The notes: generated from the letters alone by a model not told the origin. DNA of 64,000 nucleotides from an uncultured Desulfobacterales bacterium (GCA_947259495.1 CAMYLV010000016.1:44505-108504), one strand, 5' to 3'. Positions 17,889 through 27,193 are shown, counted from the first letter of the stretch. A program made the numbers and translations.

Positions 17889-19538
17889 TTAATTCTGCAT
17901 TTTAATGATCACCGAGGTTATGTCATCTTCTATTCTTGACTCACTTATAAATTTATCCAAGATGTCAAAAATTGCATCCAATATTTGTGTTGCGTCTGAA
18001 GATGAGTTTTGTCGAATTGCAGATAGGATTGGCTCTTTGCCTAACATCTCTCCATTTTTATTGCGCGCCTCCCAGATTCCATCTGTACTGAGAAAAACGA
18101 TTTGACCATTTGAAAAATCGGTTTCTTTATTATCCTCGTAGACCCATTCGGCATCCAAACCAAGAGCTATTCCCGATCCTCCAAGTTCACTGAATGAATC
18201 TGAGCCAGGATCATAAACAATGGCGGGATCATGTCCCGCCCGCACCCAATCAAGGCGTTTGGATTCTGTATCAAGAGTTAAAAAAAACATTGTCATAAAT
18301 TGCCCGGAATCTTCAACATCTTTAACCAACTGACGGTTCACATCAGAAATGATATTGGCCGTGCTGCCCGGTAAAAATACCCGCTGCCGCAATGAAGAAC
18401 GAACAGTGGCCATAAGTAATGCAGAAGAAATACCATGCCCTGAGACATCGCCAATCGCAACCCCAATTTTCTGCTCATCATTATCTTCAATAGATATAAA
18501 ATCATAATAATCACCACCGGTTTCATCGCAGTAAACGCTTTTTCCGGCTATATCGATCCCGTTAACCTTTATATTACTTTTTGGAAGAAGATTTTGTTGA
18601 ACCTCCTTTGCTAAATTAAGAGACTGCTGCATTCTTTCACGTTCCTTCAGACCCGCGGTCATTTCATTGATCACATCACCCGTATACCCAATTTCATCAT
18701 TAGAGGTAACTTGCACTTTTTTGTCAAAGCGGCCGTTTCTTACCCCCCGCAGGGTAATGATGATCTCCTTGAAGGGTATCGTCAGATTTCTGCCTACCAG
18801 CATCGTCAAACATATGCCAAAACCGATAAATATGAATGTATTAGTGAATATAACAGGCCTTAGCTGCTGTATTGCCAATGCCGGGTCCGAGTATTTTAGG
18901 GAGATTCTATGAAAAAGATGCAAAATTGTTAAGAGGGGAATCAGATTGCAAGCAAAAAGCATTGCAACCAGCCGGGTGCGGATCCGGATGCGCAGGGTCT
19001 TCGGGATGGCAGTAAGTCCACCTTCCGGGAAAAAATGCGGTGCCAGTCGCTTTTGTGAAATATGCTCCAACAAAAAAAAAGCAACAATCACGGTGATAGA
19101 GCCAGTGCTCAGGCTTAATAACAACGCGCGTTGCATCAAATCCGATCCTAAACCAAGGCTCCAGTAAATAGCCGTCCAAATTATAGCCGCCAACATCCAC
19201 ATACTCAAATCCAGGGCCATGAGAAAAAAGGGTTCGTTGAGCACTTTTTGGCGGGCCCTGTTCTCCAGTTCCGCCGACACTTCTGAGCGTTTGAATTTGG
19301 CATTTAGATATAACCGAATGGGTCTTTCATATAGCAGAGTCATCACCACGACAAATAAAAAGGCCAATGGCGTAAAAATTGTATCCATCACATCGACAGC
19401 AGTAAATTTCCATATATCTGCAGGCAACGGTTCCGCCCTGAACATCAGCTTATGAACAAATACAACGGAAAATAAATTGGCAAATGCATTCGCAAAAATC
19501 ATTTCGTTTTTTAGGTGGAAAAGTTTAAATTTTGTCAT
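17889..19538 (-). CDS. Membrane-bound PP2C/SpoIIE-family phosphatase with HAMP linker
   Basis: Multiple N-terminal TM segments. HAMP-like IPFKEIIITLRGVRNGRFDKKV. PP2C motifs GGDYYDF, GDVSGHG and DGIWEA. Confidence 0.85.
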   Translation of the reverse strand: MTKFKLFHLKNEMIFANAFANLFSVVFVHKLMFRAEPLPADIWKFTAVDVMDTIFTPLAFLFVVVMTLLYERPIRLYLNAKFKRSEVSAELENRARQKVLNEPFFLMALDLSMWMLAAIIWTAIYWSLGLGSDLMQRALLLSLSTGSITVIVAFFLLEHISQKRLAPHFFPEGGLTAIPKTLRIRIRTRLVAMLFACNLIPLLTILHLFHRISLKYSDPALAIQQLRPVIFTNTFIFIGFGICLTMLVGRNLTIPFKEIIITLRGVRNGRFDKKVQVTSNDEIGYTGDVINEMTAGLKERERMQQSLNLAKEVQQNLLPKSNIKVNGIDIAGKSVYCDETGGDYYDFISIEDNDEQKIGVAIGDVSGHGISSALLMATVRSSLRQRVFLPGSTANIISDVNRQLVKDVEDSGQFMTMFFLTLDTESKRLDWVRAGHDPAIVYDPGSDSFSELGGSGIALGLDAEWVYEDNKETDFSNGQIVFLSTDGIWEARNKNGEMLGKEPILSAIRQNSSSDATQILDAIFDILDKFISESRIEDDITSVIIKMQN

Positions 19539-19583
19539 GATACTGCTCTCCTACAAGCTGATAATTGAATACCAGCATGGAAC

Positions 19584-19654
19584 GAAATTATTGCAGATAT
19601 CAAATGTATATCACAAGAATTTTAGCGCCCTGATAGTTGTACTTTGTTGGAGGT
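19584..19654 (+). repeat. Island repeat family, copy C2
   Basis: Matches C1 (9111-9181) at 66 of 71 positions. It fills most of the 144-bp spacer between two minus-strand genes. Confidence 0.75.
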
Positions 19655-19682
19655 GTCTGCATTTCAATTATATGATGACTGG

Positions 19683-21143
19683 CTATTGGGGAAGTTGGTT
19701 CCCATACCATTTCCAATGTCCGTTATCTTTAATTAGCTTACTGCCGGTCATAAAGAGGGCTTCAAAATATTTATCTTTAAGCCAAACATCAATTTTAGCC
19801 TCATCGCCTTCAGGCTCAAACTTGGTGATGATAATTTTAGCCTCAGAAGTATAAGATAAAGTTCCTTCTAAAAATTTTAAAGCCATTTGTTTGGTAACGC
19901 CATAATGAAGAAATCGATCCGAAATTAAATCGGCCATTGTCACCACATCTTTATTAAATCTAGCTTGATTATAATCTGTTATGAATGCTTTTACATCAGT
20001 GGGCAATTCCACGGCTTTTAGTGGTTTTTTCGGTGGTCTTTTCCTTTGAACAGAGACTGCAACTAAATCAAATAAAGGACTATAATGAATTGAAGTTGGG
20101 GGATGAGGCTGGGCTGTTTTCGATGTTACAGCAATAACAAGGTCAAGTTCCGGAACGACCACTATAAATTGCCCCCGCCTTCCCCAAGCCCTGAAACTGC
20201 TGCAGCCATCGACTTTCTTCACCCACCATTGATACCCGTATCCAAACGAACCATATATTGGCGAGCTGAAAGTCTTTATCTGTTGATCGGTGGATTCTTT
20301 CACCCAATATTCAGAGACAATAGATTGACCGTTCCAATATCCATTATTCAAGTACAGGAAACCGATTTTTGCTAAATCTCGTGCTGAGAGGCCCAAACCG
20401 AAACCGCCAATGTAGTATCCTTGTGGGTCTTGATGCCAATAGGCTGATTGTATCCCTAACGGTTCAAAAAGGTTTCTCTTTGCAAAATCCAAGGTGCTGG
20501 ATTTAGTCGACTTGGACAGAATTATGGACAGAAGATGTGATGTTGATGAATTGTAATTAAATACATCCCCCGGATTTTTTTCCTGCGGAAGTTGAATCGT
20601 GAATTTTGCCCAGTTCGAGGAAGTATACCAGAACCGCATTACAGGTCCCCGATCGTTCCACCTAAAACCTGCACTCATTGTCAAAAGGTGTCTAAGACTG
20701 ATCTTCTTTTTCCTCGGATCAAGGTCCTCTGTGATATATTCAGGAAAAAATTCGGTTAGTTTTTGATCCACGCTTTTAAGATAACCTTTGTCCAGTGCTA
20801 TACCAATTAGGGCTGAGGTAACACTTTTGGTAACTGAATGAACGACAGCGTATTTTTCAGGGCTTCCCCAAGAGTAGTATTTCTCAAAAACTAAATAGCC
20901 GTTCTTAACAACCAACAAACTGAAAGCATCGGGAAGTCTATTTTGGACAAATTCGTCCGCTATCCTTAGCTTAGCAGAATCCATACCCTGAATCTCCGGG
21001 GTAGAAGTCCTCCAACCGCTGGTAGGCCAGTATTCGCGCTTTTTTGGTTGTTCGCAAAATGCATATTCAGTCAAGAAGGCAAAAAGGGAGAAAGTAAGAA
21101 TACAAAATGTTTTTTTACTATAACTCAAATTAAATATTTTCAT
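19683..21143 (-). CDS. Beta-lactamase-fold serine hydrolase with C-terminal extra domain
   Basis: SxxK motif HSVTKSV. N-terminal signal-like segment. The ATG at 21143 follows AAAGGAGA. Confidence 0.8.
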   Translation of the reverse strand: MKIFNLSYSKKTFCILTFSLFAFLTEYAFCEQPKKREYWPTSGWRTSTPEIQGMDSAKLRIADEFVQNRLPDAFSLLVVKNGYLVFEKYYSWGSPEKYAVVHSVTKSVTSALIGIALDKGYLKSVDQKLTEFFPEYITEDLDPRKKKISLRHLLTMSAGFRWNDRGPVMRFWYTSSNWAKFTIQLPQEKNPGDVFNYNSSTSHLLSIILSKSTKSSTLDFAKRNLFEPLGIQSAYWHQDPQGYYIGGFGLGLSARDLAKIGFLYLNNGYWNGQSIVSEYWVKESTDQQIKTFSSPIYGSFGYGYQWWVKKVDGCSSFRAWGRRGQFIVVVPELDLVIAVTSKTAQPHPPTSIHYSPLFDLVAVSVQRKRPPKKPLKAVELPTDVKAFITDYNQARFNKDVVTMADLISDRFLHYGVTKQMALKFLEGTLSYTSEAKIIITKFEPEGDEAKIDVWLKDKYFEALFMTGSKLIKDNGHWKWYGNQLPQ

Positions 21144-21302
21144 TTTTTTCTCCTTTCTGCTGAAAATATGACTCACAAAACATGTTATTTTGTCTTAAAC
21201 ATCATAGTGATGCTAATTTGCGATGAGAATAACAAAGTTTTGCCAATTTTGCCGATATGATTTGGATATATGATACTTACCACGCAATCAACTGTCTTTT
21301 CT

Positions 21303-21377
21303 AATTTCTGTCATCTGCGATTAAAATAGAATATCACAAAAAATTTCAGAACTGTTATCTGCCGTTTAGTTGGAGGT
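21303..21377 (+). repeat. Island repeat family, diverged copy C4
   Basis: ...AATATCACAAAAAATTTCAGAACTGTTATCTGCCGTTTAGTTGGAGGT shares the ATATCACA box and the GTTGGAGGT box. Confidence 0.45.
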
Positions 21378-21637
21378 ATTACGAATTTCCAAATCGAAAA
21401 GGTTTGATACAAATAGTTTGGCCTTATCACAAAAATGACCCAAAAAGGCCAACCACAACATATGGCAGGATTCTCCGCAGATTAACGGCGGCGGGCGTTG
21501 AGTACGCCTCGCCACAAACTTTTGTGGGGCCTTGCGCAGCAGAAAAAAGTCTCATTTCTGAATCGGACACTCATTAGTGCCAAGATCCTTTCGGGGATGA
21601 GCACTAATTAAAACCTTCATTTAGAAACATAACCAGT

Positions 21638-22660
21638 TTAGGCTGTCATATTGACTATTGTCCGACCCTTGTGTTTGCCTTGTAACATACGGTCGATGGC
21701 CTGATCCAGATCGACCAGGGTAATTTCTTCCACGACCGTTTCCATCATTGGGATTTTCCATTCATCGGCGAGTTTCTCCCAAGTCTTGAGCCGGTTCGGC
21801 ATCGGGCAATTCTGGGAATCGATACCCACGAGGCTGACCCCACGCAGGATGAAGGGATATACATTGATCGGCAACTCAGGTGATGCCACATTACCGCGGT
21901 GGCCAGGATATCTCCTCCTACCGTGTCGATGCTGCCTGCCCAGCGAGACTTGTGAAGCGGACGACCACTTTGATCTGTGGCCTCTTCGATGCTGATAATA
22001 CGCTGTGCGCCGATTTCTTTTAGATATTCCGACTCATCTACCAAACCATTGACGGCAACGACCGTGTAACCCAATTTTGACAAAATTGCCACGGCAATGC
22101 TGCCAACGCCGCCGCTGGCGCCTGATACCAGCACCTCACCATGTTCCGGCAAAATGCTCCCATGAACGGTCAGTTGAAAGACTGACAGGGCCGCCGTAAA
22201 CCCGGCCGTTCCATAGCACATGGCCTCTCTTGACGTCAGTCCCTTGGGCAGGGGAACCACCCATTGGCCGGGTACCCGAATATATTGGCCAAACCCCCCT
22301 GCCGTGTTCATGCCTAAATCATAACTGGTGAACCCGAATATATTGGCCAAACCCCCCTGCCGTGTTCATGCCTAAATCATAACTGGTGACGATAACATCA
22401 TCTCTGGGTTTAAGGGCGATATCAGTGCTTTCCACCACCACACCTGCTGCGTCGATGCCGGGTGTATGGGGATAGCTGCGTGTTACGCCTTTATTGCCGC
22501 TGGCTGATAACGCATCTTTGTAATTCAAAGATGAATAGTGCACCTCGACCACAACGTCTCCCGGGGGAAGGTCGTCTATGGTTTTGTTGAGGATCTGACG
22601 CGTGTATTTTTTGTCGTTAGTTTCTTCTACTACCAAGGCCTTAAATAATTCATCTGTCAT
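21638..22660 (-). pseudogene. YhdH/AcuI-type NADPH:quinone (acrylyl-CoA) oxidoreductase, disrupted twice
   Basis: Three collinear ORF pieces (22319..22672, 21745..22350, 21638..21889). SYDLGMNTAGGFGQYIRV is encoded twice. The first break is a 58-bp duplication. The second break, near 21890, removes part of the conserved region before PFILRGV. Confidence 0.8.
22274..22389. repeat. Perfect 58-bp tandem duplication inside the oxidoreductase pseudogene
   Basis: 22274-22331 and 22332-22389 are identical when read base by base. 58 is not a multiple of 3, so the duplication shifts the frame. Confidence 0.9.
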
Positions 22661-22778
22661 TTTAACCTCCACAAGTGTCTGGGTTATAGATATACTTTTT
22701 GCCGAACGAGCTCAATTGCTGATCTGGGTTAAATATTTCACAAGTGTACTAAGAGTCATGTTTAAATTTTGCACGGAT

Positions 22779-22841
22779 TTATCCGATGACATCTGCGCTG
22801 AGAATCGCTGCGAGCTTACGCTTAAAACCTTCATCTGCCAT
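22779..22841 (-). pseudogene. 20-codon N-terminal remnant of a class III adenylate/guanylate cyclase-type protein
   Basis: GGAGG-N7-ATG, then MADEGFKRKLAAILSADVIG*. KLAAILSADVVGYS is the usual start of the cyclase homology domain in such proteins. Confidence 0.4.
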
Positions 22842-22945
22842 GTGCCACCTCCGTTTATAAGGTTTTAAACTTTGGAATTCAGTATGTTGATTATTCACAG
22901 AAACGCAGTATCAGACGAGCAACAAGATTCGATTCAAGGATTTGC

Positions 22946-23040
22946 GAACCATTTCAGGTCAGGTGGAATAGAAGCTTCAGAAATTGTTAAATAGACTTTA
23001 TAGACAAATGTATGGGATTTAGTCAATCATTATTGAGAGT
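22946..23040 (+). repeat. Island direct repeat, internal copy b
   Basis: Its right part matches copy a at about 36 of 43 positions. Its left part (GAACCATTTCAGGTCAGGTGGAATAGAAGCTTCAGAAATTGTT) parallels 25736-25778. Confidence 0.65.
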
Positions 23041-23141
23041 TCGGAAAGGTGCTGATAATTTACAAAAAACCAAATATCAGTCAGTTGCAGATTTATTGAG
23101 ATTACATTCAAAATCACAAAGTTCCAGATATCAAACGCAAT

Positions 23142-23190
23142 GAAATTATTGCAGATACATAACAGATACCATAATGTATACCTTAATTCG
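23142..23190 (+). repeat. Island repeat family, rearranged copy C5
   Basis: GAAATTATTGCAGATAC, then a reiterated CAGATACC box. It is immediately upstream of the recombinase remnant. Confidence 0.4.
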
Positions 23191-23222
23191 AAAAAAATAC
23201 GCACCGATGCTATTCGGTGGTA

Positions 23223-23387
23223 ATGGAGAAATTCTGTGAGGTGTTTGGAGATCATCAACTTGGTGGGCCTACTGTTGATGATGTTATGGGCTTCCTAACT
23301 CAGGTAACGGATGGATGCAAGACTCAAACAAAACGCATCGGCTCTGCCCACCTTTCTGCATTTTTCAATTTCACTGAAATTATTTAA
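23223..23387 (+). pseudogene. N-terminal (SAM-like domain) remnant of a tyrosine recombinase/integrase
   Basis: A 54-codon ORF MEKFCEVFGDHQLGGPTVDDVMGFLTQVTDGCKTQTKRIGSAHLSAFFNF has the pattern of integrase N-terminal domains. The catalytic domain is missing. Confidence 0.45.
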
Positions 23388-24139
23388 ATCTTAACCGGGC
23401 ACTATTGAGGGGCGGTAAGTGTTAACCTCTATTATTTAATTATTTTATTCGTTTTGTAAAATCTATGGTTCAGGTAATGATCAATCTTGTAAGGTTTTGT
23501 GCCAACCTTATTTTTAATCATTTCATCAACCAGCATATTTTGATTATTCGTTAAAAAGATAACTTTTTGCCTGGAAAGGGCTCCGCAACTTCTCAGGTTT
23601 GTAGATCTCGAGGCTTGCAGGCCTGCTTTTGACTGGTTTTTAGAAATACATTTCGATATATAATTCTTATAGCATTTATCTAACAATCCAATATTAAAGC
23701 GTGGCACCAGGTTTTGATATATCTGAGTGTAGTGAAAATATTGCCAACACCCTTGAACTTGTGAAACATTGCATTATCATTATTGGCGACTTCTGGGATG
23801 TTTGTGCATTTTTTCTGCTGAGAAATTAACAACGGCATCTTGGAAGCTACATCCATTAGGGGTGGTTCAAATTGAACTGCCCCTTTTTTTGTCCATATTG
23901 ACATTCTATCGTCCCCAAGAGAATACAATCAAAAAGGCCGGGCCGACCAGGCCTGGTAGGTAAACCCTGTTGCCATCTGCCGTGCAAATGCTGTAACCTC
24001 ATCGTAATATTCTGTCTCTCTACAATTGACTGGGCAATATGTTGCCTATTTCATCTTTCTCCTCCTCCTTAACGCGGTGGCCCATATGATTGATGGGCCG
24101 CCCGATAGAAATTGTATCAAACTGCACAGGAGGTCAAAA

Positions 24140-24355
24140 ATGCCACAGGTTCTTCGTATAATTCCAGAAAGACGCACCGGCAAAGACAGACGCAGAATCT
24201 TTAGTCTGCACCGTTTTTTCCACAAAGGTCCTGAAAGAAGAAAGGCGTTGCACGACCGAAGGTTGCAGAAAGAAAGGCGAGATGGTTGGGTTAGAATCAG
24301 CAGATGGTCAAGTACCAAATTGCATGATTTAAAAATCTCAAGATACTTGCATTAG
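24140..24355 (+). CDS. Small basic [DE]RR-repeat protein
   Basis: AGGAGG-N6-ATG at 24140. ERRTGKDRRR, PERRKALHDRR and KERRDGW repeats. Shares the motif with 8102..8497. Confidence 0.45.
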   Translation: MPQVLRIIPERRTGKDRRRIFSLHRFFHKGPERRKALHDRRLQKERRDGWVRISRWSSTKLHDLKISRYLH

Positions 24356-24527
24356 AAATAATCCAAAGCCCACCATCATTTTTAAGGTCTTTACCCACCA
24401 TGATTTCCCCTAAAATGAGATTCCACAGTGACACTGCTTCTAAAAGACTTTCACATGTAGGCGTTCTGTTGTCACAAACCGAGCTACCTACCGTAAAGTT
24501 GTCATGCTCATTAATTTTGCAGGTGAG

Positions 24528-24941
24528 CTACATTTGCAGCTTTTGGTCCTGAACATCATGGGTGTCATTGTCACCAGCGGCAGAACGCAACAGAGCGTTG
24601 CGCTGGTCAGGATCAAGGTACTCTGAAGACCAATCAAGAGGTGTTATACCTTGGGTTGATGGTTGGGTGAGACTGGCGCCATTTTCAATGAGCAACTGGG
24701 CGACCTCTACACGACCGTTTCGCACGGCAAAATGAAGCGGTGTCAAACCAAACCGTGAGTCCAGGGCGTTCACAAGGTGTCCCTCTTTAAGTAGCTTGCG
24801 AACCTTATTGATTTTGTCGGTCTTGGCTGCTTCATGAAGTTGGCAATTCTTCAGATATTTGTAAATCGAGAAACCCTCCCTAAGGAGAAAAACAGCAAGG
24901 ACTACAACGATAATAGGCAAAATTTTTATAAAGTTCTCCAT
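24528..24941 (-). CDS. Membrane-anchored ankyrin-repeat protein
   Basis: N-terminal TM segment. LTPLHFAVRNGRVEVAQLLIENGASL is an ankyrin consensus. Confidence 0.8.
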   Translation of the reverse strand: MENFIKILPIIVVVLAVFLLREGFSIYKYLKNCQLHEAAKTDKINKVRKLLKEGHLVNALDSRFGLTPLHFAVRNGRVEVAQLLIENGASLTQPSTQGITPLDWSSEYLDPDQRNALLRSAAGDNDTHDVQDQKLQM

Positions 24942-25064
24942 TGATCAACTCCCAAAACAACCCTTACAATCTGACATGTCGGCAAATGAATTCAGGGGTG
25001 AGAAGATTTCTAATCGAATTTAGTTTTGGGCTCTTGCCGATATCTGATTTTCGAGTAGATCGAA

Positions 25065-25619
25065 TTACCATTTATAGCGCACCCTGTTATAGCGCATCTT
25101 GCTGTAGCGCATACTGGACCAATCGTCGAAACTTACACCGATTCCATGGGTGCTGCTCCAAATAATTTTTCCACCCAGTTGAATATTTTTGTAGGAAAAT
25201 GGACTAAAGAAAGCGAGAGTTATTTTCTGACCGATGGGAAGCGGATCTTCAATATCGATATAAACGCCGGTCGAATTTACATCAAGAATTAAACCGTTGT
25301 AGCTTTGTTTTTCAAGCTTACACTTGACCGGTATCAAACAGAGTTTTCTGGGTAATGTGCGTTCGTCAATGATAGATTTAGCGTATTCTAATAATAATAA
25401 CTGTTCTCTCTCTGACATATTCAAAATAAGCTCTAACAAACGTGAAAAGGTCGTGTTGTACCGCATGAATTTTGGTTTGCCAGTAAGCTCCTCTGAACTA
25501 TTCATAATTGACACTTTCTTGTAAGGATTATTTGTAAGTTTTCTTTTCTTAGTTTCTGAGAAATCCTTCTGGTCAAAAACATTACCAGATCGTCTGAGCG
25601 CTCTATATTTTTTGCTCAT
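25065..25619 (-). CDS. PilZ-domain protein
   Basis: RTLPRK (RxxxR) is followed by LILDVNSTGVYI. The C-terminal half looks like a beta-barrel. Confidence 0.6.
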   Translation of the reverse strand: MSKKYRALRRSGNVFDQKDFSETKKRKLTNNPYKKVSIMNSSEELTGKPKFMRYNTTFSRLLELILNMSEREQLLLLEYAKSIIDERTLPRKLCLIPVKCKLEKQSYNGLILDVNSTGVYIDIEDPLPIGQKITLAFFSPFSYKNIQLGGKIIWSSTHGIGVSFDDWSSMRYSKMRYNRVRYKW

Positions 25620-25735
25620 AATGATTTTTCATCATATCGTGTCTCATATGTTAAAGTAACAGATCAACTCATTGTGCAGATTATCCGAAGGAGCGCAAGA
25701 ACCAGATGAAAACCGCAGTCGATTCTATAGTTGGA

Positions 25736-25817
25736 GAACCATTTCAGATCAGTTGGAGTGGGAGAATCAGAAATTGTTTAGATGCGTTTATACCCAAATC
25801 GATGGGGTTTAGTCAAT
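25736..25817 (+). repeat. Island-boundary direct repeat, copy c
   Basis: The 30-bp core 25788-25817 is identical to 8000-8029. It is preceded by two GTTGGAG boxes (25730-25736, 25752-25758). Confidence 0.75.
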
Positions 25818-25885
25818 ACCCCAGTTGCTGCCAGCCAATATTTTCCGATCGTCATTTTTCGGATCAAAAGCGACGGTTGCCTCTA

Positions 25886-27193
25886 TTATCCGATGACCGA
25901 AAAACTGGAATCCGTATTGATTTCGCGATTTCGGCAGAAAGATCCCACGTTGAGATGGCGTCGCGTATATTTTAGATAAAACTGCAAGGGATCTGCATCG
26001 TGGTCGCGCCCTTTCTCACAGGTGTCGATCAGTTCAGCCATCATGGCTCCCGCAACCGGAGCATTCTTGTATTGATTGCCACTGGTGCCGATTGCCATAT
26101 AAAATCCGGGAAGGTCGGATTTGTCGTAAATGGGAATCCAGTCATCGCTGCAATCATAGAGAGCAACCACGCCCTGATACTGGTTGGGGACGGCCAGATC
26201 TCTGATCCGCATGCCTTCGCGCATGATCATGCATTTGAACTGGTCGGTAAAATTCGTGTCGTACTCGTCCGGATTTTCCACCCACAGCCGCGGATCACAT
26301 TCCGGATCTTCACTGCCGATCAGAAAATGGTTACCCACCTCAGGACGCGAGTAGCAACCGATATCTCCATCAGACGTAATGACACCATCCCGCTCCCAAT
26401 TTACGCCTTTGGGTGCAGGTACATGGGCAACTTCCTGCTTCATCGGCCGTGTTTTGATCTTCATCGATTCTTCTACGCCGGCCATTTGATTGATCAAATA
26501 TGAGTGGGGGCCGGCCACATTCACCACAACCGGCGCTTCGATTTCAGTGCCGTCGTTGAGCTTGACACCGGCCGTACGCCCTTGTTTCTGCAATATCTCG
26601 GTAACTTCCACCCTGTAAAGAAAGTCCGCCTGTTTAGCCTGGGCCGCCACCATGACATTGTGGGTGGAAAGTTTAGGATCTGAGATATAGCCGGATTCGG
26701 GGATCCAGAGGGCGCCGGGGATGGTCTCTGCGGTGGTTTGACCGAATTCCGGATCATCAACCCATTTTTGCGGAAAATAGCTGGCCAGACTAACATTCGG
26801 CAGGTAGCGGTCGATCTCCTCGGGTTGCAGGTCCAAATAACCCACACCGAATTCGTCCAGGGCAGCTTTCACCCGGCTGAGATTCTTATTGATGGGGGTC
26901 TTGAAAACCAGAGCCCCGGTATTGCGATAGGCGGCCATGCCGTCGGGATCTCTTACCTCGAGGTATGAGGGCCAATCCAGCCAGTAGAAATAACCTTCTC
27001 TTGCCAGCGCGACGCCCTCGGTTGTGGAGTAATGGAAACGGATAATAGCGCAGGATCCACCCGTGGACCCCATACCGGCGTCAGCGAGTTTGTCCACATT
27101 CAGGGTCCGGTAACCCAGTTTGGCCAATTCGAAGGCGATGCAACATCCGATAACTCCTGAACCAATAATGACCGCATCGTATTTATTTTTCAT
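25886..27193 (-). CDS. FAD-dependent oxidoreductase (DAO / sarcosine-oxidase-beta-like)
   Basis: The dinucleotide-binding site is YDAVIIGSGVIGCCIAFELAK. The ATG at 27193 is 6 nt after AAGGAGG. Confidence 0.8.
   Translation of the reverse strand: MKNKYDAVIIGSGVIGCCIAFELAKLGYRTLNVDKLADAGMGSTGGSCAIIRFHYSTTEGVALAREGYFYWLDWPSYLEVRDPDGMAAYRNTGALVFKTPINKNLSRVKAALDEFGVGYLDLQPEEIDRYLPNVSLASYFPQKWVDDPEFGQTTAETIPGALWIPESGYISDPKLSTHNVMVAAQAKQADFLYRVEVTEILQKQGRTAGVKLNDGTEIEAPVVVNVAGPHSYLINQMAGVEESMKIKTRPMKQEVAHVPAPKGVNWERDGVITSDGDIGCYSRPEVGNHFLIGSEDPECDPRLWVENPDEYDTNFTDQFKCMIMREGMRIRDLAVPNQYQGVVALYDCSDDWIPIYDKSDLPGFYMAIGTSGNQYKNAPVAGAMMAELIDTCEKGRDHDADPLQFYLKYTRRHLNVGSFCRNREINTDSSFSVIG

Noticed and set aside
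9111-21377. Calling the island intergenic repeats canonical integron attC sites
   Set aside because: In gene orientation the element begins with CYTCCAAC (R''-like). I could not find a complementary GTTRRRY R' box at the other end. The distal box (TTCTCAAT) is a direct, not inverted, relative of the first. It is kept only as a hypothesis to test.
23432-23928. Two overlapping minus-strand ORFs (91 and 82 aa) as a functional gene
   Set aside because: They look like one frameshifted gene of unknown family, with no RBS or motif recognised. They are mentioned only as possible further decay in the island.
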